Assembly (NCBI GenBank): GCA_964016885.1
Contig: OZ024743.1
Location: 348,130,001-348,194,000, forward strand
Direction: 5' to 3'
DNA: 64,000 nt
From: Eledone cirrhosa
Taxonomy: Eukaryota
Every line of letters begins with the position of its first letter. The first letter of the stretch is position 1. Of the stretch, positions 1-15,949 are shown piece after piece. The notes under the pieces were generated by a model. It saw only the letters and a list, made by a program, of their open reading frames with translations. It made no database searches and was not told where the DNA came from. A program made the position numbers and the translations under genes.

Positions 1-960
<960 letters not shown>

Positions 961-1363
961 GGTAATGTATAGTGCGGAAAAAGAAAGAATGGAAATGAAA
1001 AACATGGCAGAAATGATAGAGGATCATATATAATGCAAATATAAAATTAAAACGACGATAAATATAGGAAATGGAAACATACATGCAAAAACATAAACAA
1101 ATATGGAAATATAAGAATAAAACATGTAAAAAAAGAAACGCAACTTCCGATAACATGATTGTAGAAAAATGGTGAATATATTTAGTACTGTGAAATATAA
1201 TAAAAATCGATGCTGCTCCGGAAACTATAATAGGTGTCTACAGTTAGTGAGAATCTCATCCAATATGGCTTTATGAATAGAGATGTGCACACACGATCAT
1301 ATACAAAGGTACATGAATACATATGCACGTGAACGTGCACAAACACGCACATTCATATACACA

Positions 1364-1438
<75 letters not shown>

Positions 1439-1512
1439 AGAAGATAGGAGGCAAGAGAAAGAGAGAGGGTGAGACGGCGGAAGAGAGAGATGCATAAATA
1501 TATAATAAATAA

Positions 1513-1641
<129 letters not shown>

Positions 1642-1642
1642 T

Positions 1643-1738
<96 letters not shown>

Positions 1739-1765
1739 AATATATATTTATATATATATATATAT

Positions 1766-2056
<291 letters not shown>

Positions 2057-2360
2057 ATGTGTGTGTGTGTGTGTATGTACATGTACACACCTACATAGAC
2101 ACGTATATAAATATGTACAAAAGCGAAAAGAGAGATAGATAGATTTGCATGTATATGCGTGTCTTCTAGACTTCTGGTATGTATGAACGCGAAAACAAAG
2201 TGTTACACACACGCACTTACACATACATATATACATAGAGACACACACATCACAATCATGTCTGTTTATGCGTTTATGTGTAGACCTATGATAATATTTT
2301 ATTCATCGCAAGACATTATCACAGACAGACGGACATCCATATTAGTACATTCACATGTAC

Positions 2361-2472
<112 letters not shown>

Positions 2473-2592
2473 GGTTGTCTCTCTGTCTGTCCCCTTTGCT
2501 ATATCTCTCTTTCTCTCTTTCTCTGAATATGTATACATATGTGTGTATTTCTGTGCGCGTTCATCTTTATGTATACACACACACACACACGC

Positions 2593-2643
<51 letters not shown>

Positions 2644-2656
2644 CTATATATATATA

Positions 2657-2709
<53 letters not shown>

Positions 2710-3695
2710 CACAAATGCACATGTACATTCACATGCATATACGTGGAGATATCGATTAGTTTCATTTATCTCTTAAATAATATTGCTTGCTTTTGACACA
2801 ATACAAAATATTTTTGAAAATGACTCTTAAAATTGTTAATCTTTTTTTCATTTTCACTTCCGTTGTGTTGCTCGAGATACATTAACAATAAAAGCAACCT
2901 ATAACACATTCACAATATCTCCATACGCACATTCATATGACTTTATACATATAATTATAATAACTATACATACGCGCACATAGAAAAATAAATAAATAAA
3001 ATAAATATATTTATAATAATAAAAATAATAATAACAACAACAACAATAACAATAATAATAACAATATTAATAATATCAACAACAACATCAATAAAATAAT
3101 AATAAACTCCCTCAGAAATCAATACACTAATATAAAAATCTTTTAGCACTAAATATTTAATATATTTATTAATACATCTTTATCGTTTAATAAATACCGA
3201 TTTTATATTTGACAAAGAGCGATGCAATAAGAGATTTGGGGGGGATAGAGGAAGGAGGAGGTAAAGAATGTGAAGTAGAAATAGCGGAAAAAATAGAGTG
3301 CAGAACGCTAATATGAAAAACGGCATTTTAAAAGCGTACTTCAAATGATAAAATATATCGTGGTGAAGTCACGAAAACGTACCATTGCGTGTCAACCCTG
3401 ATTTGACATTCATAATGACAGAGATAAGTTTGAATTTCAAGCTATATAAATAAATCGACTGTAGTGTTAAAACATTGATAGTTGCTTATGTTTCTTTTCT
3501 TTATTTCTTCTGCAACTGTTTGCTCTGAAAATGTGATCGCATCTTTGCATCTCGCTTACTCTCATCAGTTCATGAGCACATGTCAATGCATATATGCATA
3601 CGCTCATATATATATATACTGAAAACACATGCAACTATGACTATGCAATACCAGGTTATTTATATATGTATCTAGGAATGCACATATATATGATG

Positions 3696-3797
<102 letters not shown>

Positions 3798-3814
3798 AAT
3801 ATGATGTATATGTA

Positions 3815-3913
<99 letters not shown>

Positions 3914-4051
3914 CATATTTGTGTGTGTATGTGCCAGGATATGTGTGTATACACAGACACAGACAGAGACACACATACACACGCACATATATATATATGC
4001 ATATATATATACATATATAAATATATATATATCATATATCATATGTATGTA

Positions 4052-4106
<55 letters not shown>

Positions 4107-4171
4107 ATATATATATAAATATCTATATATATCTATATATATCTATATATATATATATATCTATATATATA

Positions 4172-4246
<75 letters not shown>

Positions 4247-4277
4247 ATATATATATATTTGAATATACATACATAAT

Positions 4278-4324
<47 letters not shown>

Positions 4325-4337
4325 GAATATACATACA

Positions 4338-4373
<36 letters not shown>

Positions 4374-4698
4374 GAATTGTCACGTTTGTAACGATTTATG
4401 TTTCCCTTTCTGACTCTTGATATCGCAATGTATCTGCATTTGTAGGTATTTGTCTTCCCCCTTACTATTAGTATTTAAATATCACTTAGACACAAAAGGA
4501 AATTCCCATACTCAGATAAACAACATTATTTATGTTTTGCATTATATCATATTTCCTAAATGTTATCTTTCTTTTTATCTTTTTAACAATTCATCTTTCT
4601 ATCTTTCCTTTCATCTATCTATGTCATTTTCTCCCAATACATAGATATCTATAAATCTCTATTATATCCCATTAGTGTGCGAGTGTGTGTATATATTT

Positions 4699-4735
<37 letters not shown>

Positions 4736-4736
4736 C

Positions 4737-4852
<116 letters not shown>

Positions 4853-4857
4853 TTATA

Positions 4858-4902
<45 letters not shown>

Positions 4903-5099
4903 GACTTACCATCCCATTCCTTCTAACTAGCCTCTGTGTCACGTGATTGATTCTTTAGAATCGGCCATTTGACTTGAAGCAGTGAGAATTTCGGTACATA
5001 GAATTCAGTCCTCGCAAGCTGTTCGATCTACCGAATTATTATTATTTTTATATGAGCCGCCAGTGTCCGCGCATTGCCTGGAGACTTAACTGAGAATAG

Positions 5100-5181
5100 A
5101 CTTCCTGATGACGCAATGAATTCTCGACAGTTGAATTACGTAACTGTCTTTATCCCATTGCAGAAACTAATTAGTTGGAGT
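5100..5181 (+). ncRNA. Type I hammerhead ribozyme (family B, copy 1)
   Basis: acttc-CTGATGA(5105)-c-gcaatg...cattgc-a-GAAA-ctaattag-TT-ggagt. Stem III is palindromic, and the predicted GUU cleavage is after 5176. Confidence 0.75.
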
Positions 5182-5659
5182 GAAAATTTAAGTAAGAAAA
5201 AAATTTTTTTTAAATTTTTTTTTTAAAAAAATATTTTTTTATTTTACGTCCTTTATATTATTGTTCTGCATTCTCCTGCATTGAACCACCTAGGTACTAT
5301 GACATAACCTGTGTATTTGTTGGCATGGGCGTGCATCTGTGCGCTTATGTTAGTTGATATATTAAATTATCTATATTTATCTCCAAATCACTGATTTGTC
5401 GAGCAAACTTGTCAAAACCACTTCTAAAAAAATTTTTTTTGGGGTGTTAGTAGGCGTCAGTCATCTTACCATCCCATTCCTTCTAACTAGCCTCTGTGTC
5501 ACGTGATTGATTCTTTAGAATCGGCCATTTGACTTGAAGCAGTGAGAATTTCGGTACATAGAATTCAGTCCTCGCAAGCTGTTCGATCTACCGAATTATT
5601 ATTATTTTTATATGAGCCGCCAGTGTCCGCGCATTGCCTGGAGACTTAACTGAGAATAG

Positions 5660-5741
5660 ACTTCCTGATGACGCAATGAATTCTCGACAGTTGAATTACG
5701 TAACTGTCTTTATCCCATTGCAGAAACTAATTAGTTGGAGT
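5660..5741 (+). ncRNA. Type I hammerhead ribozyme (family B, copy 2)
   Basis: Same motif 560 bp downstream. Predicted cleavage after 5736. Confidence 0.75.
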
Positions 5742-5929
5742 GAAAATTTAAGTAAGGAAAAAAATTTTTTTTAAATTTTTTTTTTAAAAAATATTTTTTT
5801 ATTTTACGTCCTTTATATTATTGTTCTGCATTCTCCTGCATTGAACCACCTAGGTACTATGACATAACCTGTGTATTTGTTGGCATGGGCGTGCATCTGT
5901 GCGCTTATGTTAGTTGATATATTAAATTA

Positions 5930-5962
<33 letters not shown>

Positions 5963-5964
5963 CG

Positions 5965-6016
5965 TTTCTGGTGCGTGTGTTTCTTATTGGCAACATGACC
6001 CTCCCAAAGTATAACA

Positions 6017-6018
<2 letters not shown>
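5965..6018 (+). mobile_element. Terminal fragment of a PLE-1 family pLTR in (TA)n
   Basis: gcgtgtgtttcttattggcaacatgaccctcccaaagtataac matches 53010-53054, 55897-55939 and the end of PLE-1 near 34695-34715. Confidence 0.7.
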
Positions 6019-6053
<35 letters not shown>

Positions 6054-6369
6054 CTTACATATATATACTCTATATATATTCTTATACGTATACACACATA
6101 CACACACACGTATGCATATACATGTATATATGCATGCGTCTTTAGTTTTGTGTGCATGAGTGATTCGTTGTTTAGGCATTTGTACGTGCGCTTATATGGG
6201 TACATGTATTTATATGCATATACATATAATTGTGGAGTTCTATACGACTCGGAAATTTCATCTTTCTGTGCCAATATTTCACTCGGCAGAAATCAATATG
6301 TACTTTATGTTCATTTTTATTGAATATCACAGGGATATTTAGACTCAACATATTACACTTTTACTCTTT

Positions 6370-6975
6370 TTATCTACTCCAACTATACGGTTGAGGCCAT
6401 GCTTGGGCACCGACCTTGTTGCTATTCGTTCTATCTCCAGCATATGTTGGCTGGCAATTGGTGTAAGAGGAAGTTCGTTGCTGCTGCCCTTCGTTTACCT
6501 TCATAGCATGCTGTGGGCTCATCCTGGATCCTGGATAGCAGAGTGTCACGATATTTCTTGAAAACATCCATGTCCACAACATGCAGATCTCTGAAATTTA
6601 TTTGCAGCTTGTTGAAGATTTGTGGGCTATTACAATATCTCTCGTTATTATAGATGTGAAAGATGGGACGTTTGACAGCTGGACCAACCCCCGAAAAGGG
6701 GGTTGGTCCAGTTGTCAATGCCAAGTTTGGTGCTAGTCTCTCCAGGATTTTCGATATGTATATCACTGCGTATTTCTCACTTCTTCCTTCCAATGAGTAG
6801 TTTCAGTCCTTTTAGCTTCCTGTAGCTCATCTCCTTCATTACGACCACAGTTGGGAGCAGTAGTCCAGTCGGCTTAGAACAAATTTCTTTCATAGTATCA
6901 GCATGATATCTCGCTTCTTGTCCGCACAGTCCTCAATATCCAGCTAGCGAGTCGTCTGCACATTGTCGCAACCTT
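6370..6975 (-). mobile_element. CR1-superfamily LINE 3' fragment, decayed
   Basis: The minus-strand peptides EKYAVIYISKILERLAPN and DLHVVDMDVFKKYRDTLLSRIQDEP match the element at 53165-54660. Confidence 0.8.
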
Positions 6976-7080
6976 TGTTTTTGCTGGACCGGCAATTGCT
7001 CTGTATAATCAGTTCCTGATTATTACTGGAATTCTATAAGAATGCAGCCTCTATAATTTTCAACAATGGTCGGCGAGTAC

Positions 7081-7126
7081 TAAGCTCTGATGAACACCAA
7101 CAGTGTGAAACAGATCTGTCAGCTTA
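7081..7126 (+). ncRNA. Canonical minimal type I hammerhead ribozyme
   Basis: taagct-CTGATGA-acac-caaca-gtgt-GAAA-cagatctg-TC-agctta. Stem I is 6 bp, stem II is 4 bp, stem III is palindromic, and the GUC cleavage site is after 7120. Confidence 0.9.
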
Positions 7127-7283
7127 TCTCCCTTGCTTTGTTGAAAAAAGAAGTATGTGTGTATGTCATTACTTTAAAATAATAGCCCAAAGTCTTCAAA
7201 GTGTTTTTAATTAAACATGCAGTATCTTGCCAAATATAGTATACATACGTTCATGTATACATCGCTATTGAAGAACACCAATC

Positions 7284-7348
<65 letters not shown>

Positions 7349-7454
7349 TATGAATATGAATGCAATTCAATTCAAGCACTACACGTCATGTTACTTCTTC
7401 TTCTTCAAATAAAAAAAGGACGACTGTGTATAATTAGAATGAGAAGGTAGCGAA

Positions 7455-7745
7455 CTTGTTGATGTTAAAGAGTCCTTTATTAATAAAGCCGATACATAGA
7501 TCAATGACGATCAATATCGTGATTCCATCAGACAGCAGAATTAAGTAAGAGGTTACGTTTCTGAGGCAACCATATGTGGAAAGGAGCAGCCTACAAAAAA
7601 ATAATGTTCTTGCTTGTGTTGTCCACTCGCTTGATACATATTACCATTTCCTCAATCTTGCTCTCTAAGGAAATCACGACATTGATCGTCATTGAAATAT
7701 GTATTACAACTTTATTAATAAAGGACTCTTTAACATTGACAGCAT
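7455..7745. repeat. Diverged inverted repeat; each arm holds a decayed HHR
   Basis: Arms are about 7455-7550 and 7645-7745 (gttaaagagtcctttattaataaag / ctttattaataaaggactctttaac). The arm consensus approximates gctgt-ctgatg-aatcacga...tcgtcatt-gaaa-tatgtatt-aca. Confidence 0.55.
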
Positions 7746-7769
7746 CGCATTTTCCCCATTCTGATATAT

Positions 7770-8704
<935 letters not shown>

Positions 8705-8929
8705 TGTGTGTGAGTGTGAGTTTAAGGAATTTAGTAAAGATTGATATACAAGTTTGGCAGGGAACCCAGTTCGATGGTTGAGTAGTAATATCGGTTAAAT
8801 TTGATGTGATAGGCAGATGAATATGTGAATTTTACCAGATTGTCTCTCTCTCTCTCTTTCTTTCTTTGTCTATCTATCTATGCCTCTATCTAACTCTCTT
8901 TCTCTTAATATATATTTATATGTATATAT

Positions 8930-9779
8930 ACAGTAGTATGTATATATATACATACATGCACACATATATATATATGTACGTATGGATTTACCGAACATTT
9001 ATTATAATGCTCGGTGTGTTTGTAAACAAACATCCCGAATTAAGCCGTACAGTGTCAAGCAACCATCGTTGCCCTTTTGTCAACACTGACAAAGGAATCA
9101 TGTCCTAGTTTCAAGCTTATTAGCTATCGTCAGCATCGTATACCTTCCTGCCCGATGATTAAACGTTTGAAAGTATATACTTTCCTTATGCATATTAACG
9201 GATGAGCAGCCTAATTTGCATATCGAGTGAGTTAATCGGCCGGGCGCACCGAAAACGATAAACGGAAAAAATGAAACTAAATTTCGTTTCTCACTCTTAG
9301 TACGGCTGTTACTTAAATATAAGTATGTATACGTACATACATATATGTATACAGACGTATAATAGTATGTATATATATACATACATGCACACATATATAA
9401 GGCTGCTCAGCCGTTATTATGCATAAGCAAAGTATATACTTTTAGACGTTCAATCATCTGGCAGGATGGTATACGTTGCTGACGATAGCTAATAAGCTTG
9501 AAACTAGTACATCGTTCCTTTGTCAGTGTTGAACAAAAGGGCAACAGTGGTTGCTAAATACTGTACGGCTTAATTCGGGATGTTTGTTTACAAACACACC
9601 GAGCATTATAATAAATGTTCGGTAAATCCATACGTACATATATATATGTGTGCATGTATGTATATATATATACATACTACTGTACGTCTGTATACATACA
9701 TGTATGTACGTATACATACATATATTTAAGTAACAGCCGTACTAAGAGTGAGAAACGAAATTTCGTTTCATTTTTTTCC

Positions 9780-9783
<4 letters not shown>
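8930..9783 (-). mobile_element. HHR-bearing non-coding element with a permuted body and an inverted arm (family C)
   Basis: 9400-9783 is inverted against both 8930-9212 and 9258-9399. Flanked by TA-rich tracts. Confidence 0.75.
9474..9514 (+). ncRNA. Type I hammerhead ribozyme (family C); decayed partner at 9098-9138 on the minus strand
   Basis: cgttg-CTGACGA-t-agct-aata-agct-t-GAAA-ctag-TA-catcg. Stem III is palindromic, with GUA cleavage after 9509. The other arm supplies a perfect stem I (cgatg). Confidence 0.75.
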
Positions 9784-9821
<38 letters not shown>

Positions 9822-9833
9822 TCATATATATAT

Positions 9834-9910
<77 letters not shown>

Positions 9911-9954
9911 TATATATAGAAATAAATACACATGTATATATATTTATATGTATG

Positions 9955-9986
<32 letters not shown>

Positions 9987-10683
9987 TGTATATACCTATA
10001 CACATATATGAACACATACATAAAGAGAAATATATCTGTTTGTACAATAATTATTCATGGACCTGATTTTGACATTTTACATAATACAATGATACATGTG
10101 TTAACAATATCTTTTTTTCATATATTATATTTGAAAATAAATCCCTCACTTTTCTTTCAAATCACTTTATAAAAAAAATATAAATCGGAAATATTAAACA
10201 AATATATATGTGAAAAAATGTTACCAATGTTCCGAACAAATATACATACTTCAACTTGTCAGAAACATTTTTGCCTAATACATATTAACGTAATTGACAT
10301 ATTTTAACGCAGAGAAGGAGACAAATGATTGTAAGCAGACACGCGATATACACATGTGCACTCACACACATGCACATGCACACACGGTAACACACAAAAT
10401 CTCATATATTTACGTGTGCAAATATATTTGTGTGTGTGTGTATTTGTGTGTATTTGGGAGTGTGTTTTCATATATACACACATATATATTTCTATATATA
10501 TCAGGATTAAACAGGTATTAAACTACATAGACAATCATTCATCAGAGCACTTGATACTTGAGACAGTTGAGTGTGACTTTATTAGATAGATTCGGGGCTC
10601 AACGGCTGAGCTCTTACCTTTTCGACAGCTGACCTAGAACTAAATGTCGAAACGGTCAAGCCCCGACTCATTCTAATATACAT

Positions 10684-11060
10684 ATATAATAGAAAAAAAC
10701 GAGGAAGTTTCGTTTACATATTAAAAAATATTTATTGTGTATCGACTAGTTACCGGAGGAGTTATGGAGCTGACTCCACTATCGATCTGCTCCTCAGTCT
10801 GGTGATGTGACAAACCTATATATTTTTGTTGTGGAAGGGTCGCTGCTTATATATATATATTTTCAACTCATATACGACAACAAAAATATGTTTTTGTCAC
10901 ACCACCAGTCTGAGGAGCAGGTCGATATTGGAGTCGGATCCATAACTCTTATGAGTGGCCTTGTGCTAATCCTCTGCGAAACGCACGCAACAGGTCGATT
11001 GCACACGATAAATATTTGTTTATATGTAAATGCAACTTCCTCGTGTTTTGCTATTATATA
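10684..11060 (+). mobile_element. Diverged inverted pair around a short (TA)n, with a long-stem-II HHR remnant at 10904-10995
   Basis: Arms are about 10684-10820 and 10876-11060. Motif: accagt-CTGAGGA-gcag...ctgc-GAAA-cgcacg-ca-acaggt. Confidence 0.6.
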
Positions 11061-11154
11061 CACACTGTTTTTACATAGAGTGCTTCATTTGGGACCAGCA
11101 CCAGCACCAGTAATTCACCGAACCAACAACACTACACTACACACATATATATAT

Positions 11155-11254
11155 AATATTTGCTCTACGGTTCTTATATATTTGATATATATTTATCCTT
11201 ATCGAGCCCTCTTTGGATTTTAGTCTTCAAATTTATTATTATTACTATTTTTAT

Positions 11255-11258
<4 letters not shown>
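11155..11258 (+). mobile_element. PLE-2 family 3' tail fragment
   Basis: Near-identical to 38232-38321 and followed by (TA)n. Confidence 0.85.
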
Positions 11259-11296
<38 letters not shown>

Positions 11297-12919
11297 TGTA
11301 CGGATTGAACTTGCCTTGCCTCGTCGTTATATATGTATAAGGAAAATGTATAATACGTTAACGCAATGGAAGCAGGGGAGAGGGAAATAAATATAGAAAA
11401 TTACAAGACACACCACCTGTTATACCAGACTACAAAGACAGTTACAATGAATTTGGAAGACACTTATTGTTAACACTGAGCCATTTAACTAACAGTAATC
11501 TATTTTTCATATTAGGCTGGGATTTAACAATTTTCGAAGAATTGGAGACGTCTAATTCTGTTGATAATAAATACTTGATCATATATTCCCGTGATTATGA
11601 TATACCGCTTAATCGCATTTATATATCATATAAACACGAAAGACAATTTCTTCACCAACATCACAATAACTACTGTTATCCATGGCTATCATCATGAGCT
11701 CACCAGCGGGCTTTTGGCTTTATATTATGAAAAATAACCTCTCTGCGTCAATCTATTTTTAAAGAAATATCTATCTGTAAAACCGTTCATGTAAATGACA
11801 ACTAAGTATGAAAAATACCTTTCGGTGCTAAGAAGTTAGATCGAATCTATAGACTGATAAATACTATATTCTGAACGGCAGCCTAGTTGTCGTGCGCATG
11901 TGTATTCAGCAGCAACTGAACTGAAGGTGAAATGTCATTGAATGTGCCGTATCCTTTCAGAACGATGTCAAAACAATGGCTCAAAAATCAGATTGGAAGG
12001 AACAATATTCTATTGTAACAACACAATTCTAATATACCAAAATATGCAGCCGCAATGGTAGGTCTCCGCCTCAAGTCTATTGTTACATTATCACTAAATC
12101 TATTGTTCATATAGCTGAAACAATGCAGATGCTACATGCACAAACATTCGAAAGGAAGATAATAGAACCTCCGGCTGAGTAAAAGAAAACATTCACTACA
12201 CTAACACTACAATAAATAGCTCACCATTTCTCTATACTCCTTTCTGTATATGTTATAACTACTACAGCGGTGCTCATCTGTACCAGCTAATCTTAATTGT
12301 ACTCAATGTATACATATGTGTTGTAATTCCTCCCAATTTTTTTACATTAATAAATACATCACAAATCGTACACAACAGATTTTCTACAACTATTTCTTTC
12401 TCGAATTGCAACTCTCTGGAGTTTTCTCCATTGCGACACGTCTCTAAGTACATCAAATTACATGATTTTTATCTGAATATAATGTACTTCAACCTGACGT
12501 ATTTGCTAAGCTTTCAACCGTCTTTTTAAAATCGAATAGAGAAACTCTTCTTAACACTTTCTACTGCTTGGAGACTAGGGCGATCTAGAAACTTGTTAAG
12601 TAAATCTACTTTTAGTGGGTCAACGTTAGAATATTATATATTTAGTATCGACAGTTGCTTTCAGAGATCTCTATTCTGCATAAGTACAACATTCAGAAAA
12701 GTTTCTTCATTTTACTAATAGGTAAAGTTATGTACTATATTTATTGTATCCCAAGGGGTTGCTATCAATTTCCTATACAGGGTTTGGCTTCATTCATACC
12801 AAATATGCAATTCCTTTGAAATTCATATTCCTTCTCGTCCATTTTAATTATATTTTCCAATGTTGTGATATAGATGTTTTAGTAGAAAATCCGTTGTGTA
12901 TTTGTGGATAGGAATACTA

Positions 12920-13024
<105 letters not shown>

Positions 13025-13351
13025 TTCTCAATCAACTGACCATCAGCATATTGAGTTAGAGTGTGGCTCTATAGTTGTTTCCCTGGACGTATAAACATAC
13101 TTCACTAATGGAGATAAATTATTCAATTTTGACCAAGTAATTTACTATTTAAAATGCTATAGAACCACGAATAATCTCCCGGAGAGCCGATTCCTCCGAA
13201 ATGATTTTTACCTAAAACTAATTAACTTCGCTTTCAATGATAGCATTTTGGTGAAATACATGAACATCATAGAATCACATTTCTGACCACTACATCATAT
13301 GTTTGTATGTATTTATGCATTCATTTATGTATGTAGTGCGCGTAGCAGTGG

Positions 13352-13420
<69 letters not shown>

Positions 13421-14094
13421 CACACACACATATATATATACACACACACATACATATGTATATCTAATATCTATAAATGTATGTGTGTATGTATGAATGT
13501 ATGTATATATGTATATATATATATATGTATGTATACATGTATGTATGTATATATGTATATATGTATGTATGTATGTTTGTATGTATGTGTGTATGTATGT
13601 ATATATGTATATTTGTATGTATGTATGTATGCATGTATGTGTGTATGCATGTATGTATGTATGTATGCATGTACGTATGTATGTATATATTGGTCCTATT
13701 CCAAAACAACGAATTCAATATTATGCCACTTTGAAATATTCTATTCTGTCTAGAGAACTGAATTTGTAATCTAATCTCGTAATCCTTGGAGATTTTGATT
13801 GAATATTCCGCTTTTAATATGTTTTGCTTGAAGTTTCGTTATCTCTACGGATAAGGTCGTATTTTCCTTTTACCCTTGAAGACATATTTCCCATAGGTAT
13901 GTTCCCTCTATTCTCCTCTCGGACTATTCTAATTTCATTATTTCAGAAATTTTACCAAAAAGAGTATCAGTCTTTATTATAATAATACTGAATTTTCTCA
14001 TATAATAATACTGCATGCACCAGAATATATATACGTAGATCAAAGGTCGTTCAAGTGTTCACAATAAAACCTAAATAAGTCCGGAGTTGTATTT

Positions 14095-14300
14095 CGTATT
14101 TTCCTGAAAATACAAGTATATGACCGGCTGCTTTTTGTGCTGGCGGTCGCCATTGAGACTTCTGGTATCTTCGTTGCTCGTCCTACCGTTTTTCCTCGCC
14201 AAATCGAGGACAAAGCCTTGGGAGTTGGAATGGGTATTCCGGTGGTTATCATCAGCTCTTTTCCTCAGTATCACGCTCACAATCTTATTCTTCAGATGCA
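14095..14300 (+). mobile_element. Possible very decayed C-terminus of an RLE-type (CRE-like) non-LTR element
   Basis: AVAIETSGIF resembles the P(V/I)A(I/V)ET.G.(F/Y)G motif at the end of CRE-type RLE domains. Frameshifted. Confidence 0.25.
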
Positions 14301-15949
14301 GCTAAGATATAGCGTCCATCGAATGGTTTAGAGTATACCCATTCCTCATTTTCCTTTTCCTTTTTTCTCATTCATAAATGAATTTACTATAAAAAATGTT
14401 TGTAAAATAGACTTCGTAAATGTTTAATAATGTAAACTTATCTTAGTTCATATTCTATTTCCAATTATTATTATTTTTTTTTTTTCTTTTATGGTCGAGA
14501 CTGTATGAGCTCTTGGGCTTAGATATGTTACTACTAATGTATGTATATTTAATGTGTTCAAACAATAATTCCTTTGTTTCAAATGATACTCAAAGGCCAA
14601 TCTAGAAAGAAAAGATGGATCAATGGACATAGCCCGAAAATACAGTAAGAGCATACTTGTCTCAAATTATAATTCTTGTATTTTTCTATTGCTTACAAGT
14701 CTATGATTTACAGTACATGGAGATATACTTCAATAAACCAGACATAGGTCATATGGACGCAGCATAGTCATATGATTAACCTCTTCAATTTGATTACACT
14801 GCTTGGAATTTGGGAGACATTTCTTGTAAACTCTACCGGTCTATCAACACGAAGACAATAGGAATTCGTAAAACTTCTAATTCTTGAGATATTTTACTAC
14901 ATTATCTTGCCATCTATTTTCAGTTGTTTTTTTTTATCACATTGAAATCGGAAAGTAATAAAAATGTTAATATCTTAAGTACTTGACTTCTGGGGTGGAT
15001 ACATTGATCGCGACCAGTATCGATAAATTTAATTAAAATCAATTAAAATTCTTTAGGAGTTTCATCTGAAGTATTTTGTCCAGTGTGGCAATGTCTAAAT
15101 GTTCTTTGTTACTTCTTGAAAAGTTTGATTTTGAAGTAGATTTTTAAAACAAATTCCCTTATAGTTTTTTTTATTTTTAATATTAACTTTCTTTGGACCA
15201 TCGACAAATTCATGCTTTCACGGCTTTGTGCTTAGAATATAGCGATTATTAGAGAGGCGTGTCATGTGGAATGTAAAGAATAATTGAATTGGTCTCTGAA
15301 TATAATTATAACATCAATTCAGCTTTCTTCCCAAAATCAAATGGTGTTTTTACTAGAGCATTTTGGCTGGGTGTACATTTTTGTTTTGTGCTGTGGATCA
15401 GGTAAAGCTCAATGTCTCAGAATTTCTTTCATATTCATTATGTCTATCTATATTTATGACTAGTCACACACCGCGTTACATTAAATGTTCCCGAAAATTA
15501 TGTTAAAGATACACGTGACTGCAGAATATTCGGCAACTCGCATTCCAATTTAACGAATTCGCCGTTCGGATGATCGAACAACTTGAACACTCATAATAGG
15601 ATTTTTTATTAGAATGATATAGATTCCGTGATTGTACTTAGAATTTGTGTGGTGGCAGACTTTAGCATATGATGATTATGTTTGTGTTTGTAGTGTGCTG
15701 TATGCACAGTGTATTGTATCATTGTTGCAAACGAATAGTGAAATAGTGAGAATGTGCTGCAATTGTATGGCCAATAGACTGAGATGGATCATTATTTTTT
15801 TCAGCTTCACAGAACATTGTTATTAAATAACTTTCCTTCGCGTTACGATTTTAATTTCAATTGGTTAAACATTAATTTTGGCTGTCTACTTTACATATAA
15901 TAGACCATATTTATATTTGAAAATGTAATAAAACTGAGTCAAAAAATAG

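Larger units (their letters stand above)
4905..5935 (+). mobile_element. Tandem 560-bp HHR-bearing unit, about 1.8 copies (family B; retrozyme-like or tandem pLTR)
   Basis: cttaccatcccattcc starts at 4905 and 5465, and the copies are near-identical. Both ends abut (TA)n. No ORF. Confidence 0.8.

Noticed and set aside
3520-3572. Isolated CTGATGA matches (also near 288, 8060, 10540, 20138 and 62550)
   Set aside because: No correctly placed stem II and GAAA partner was found.
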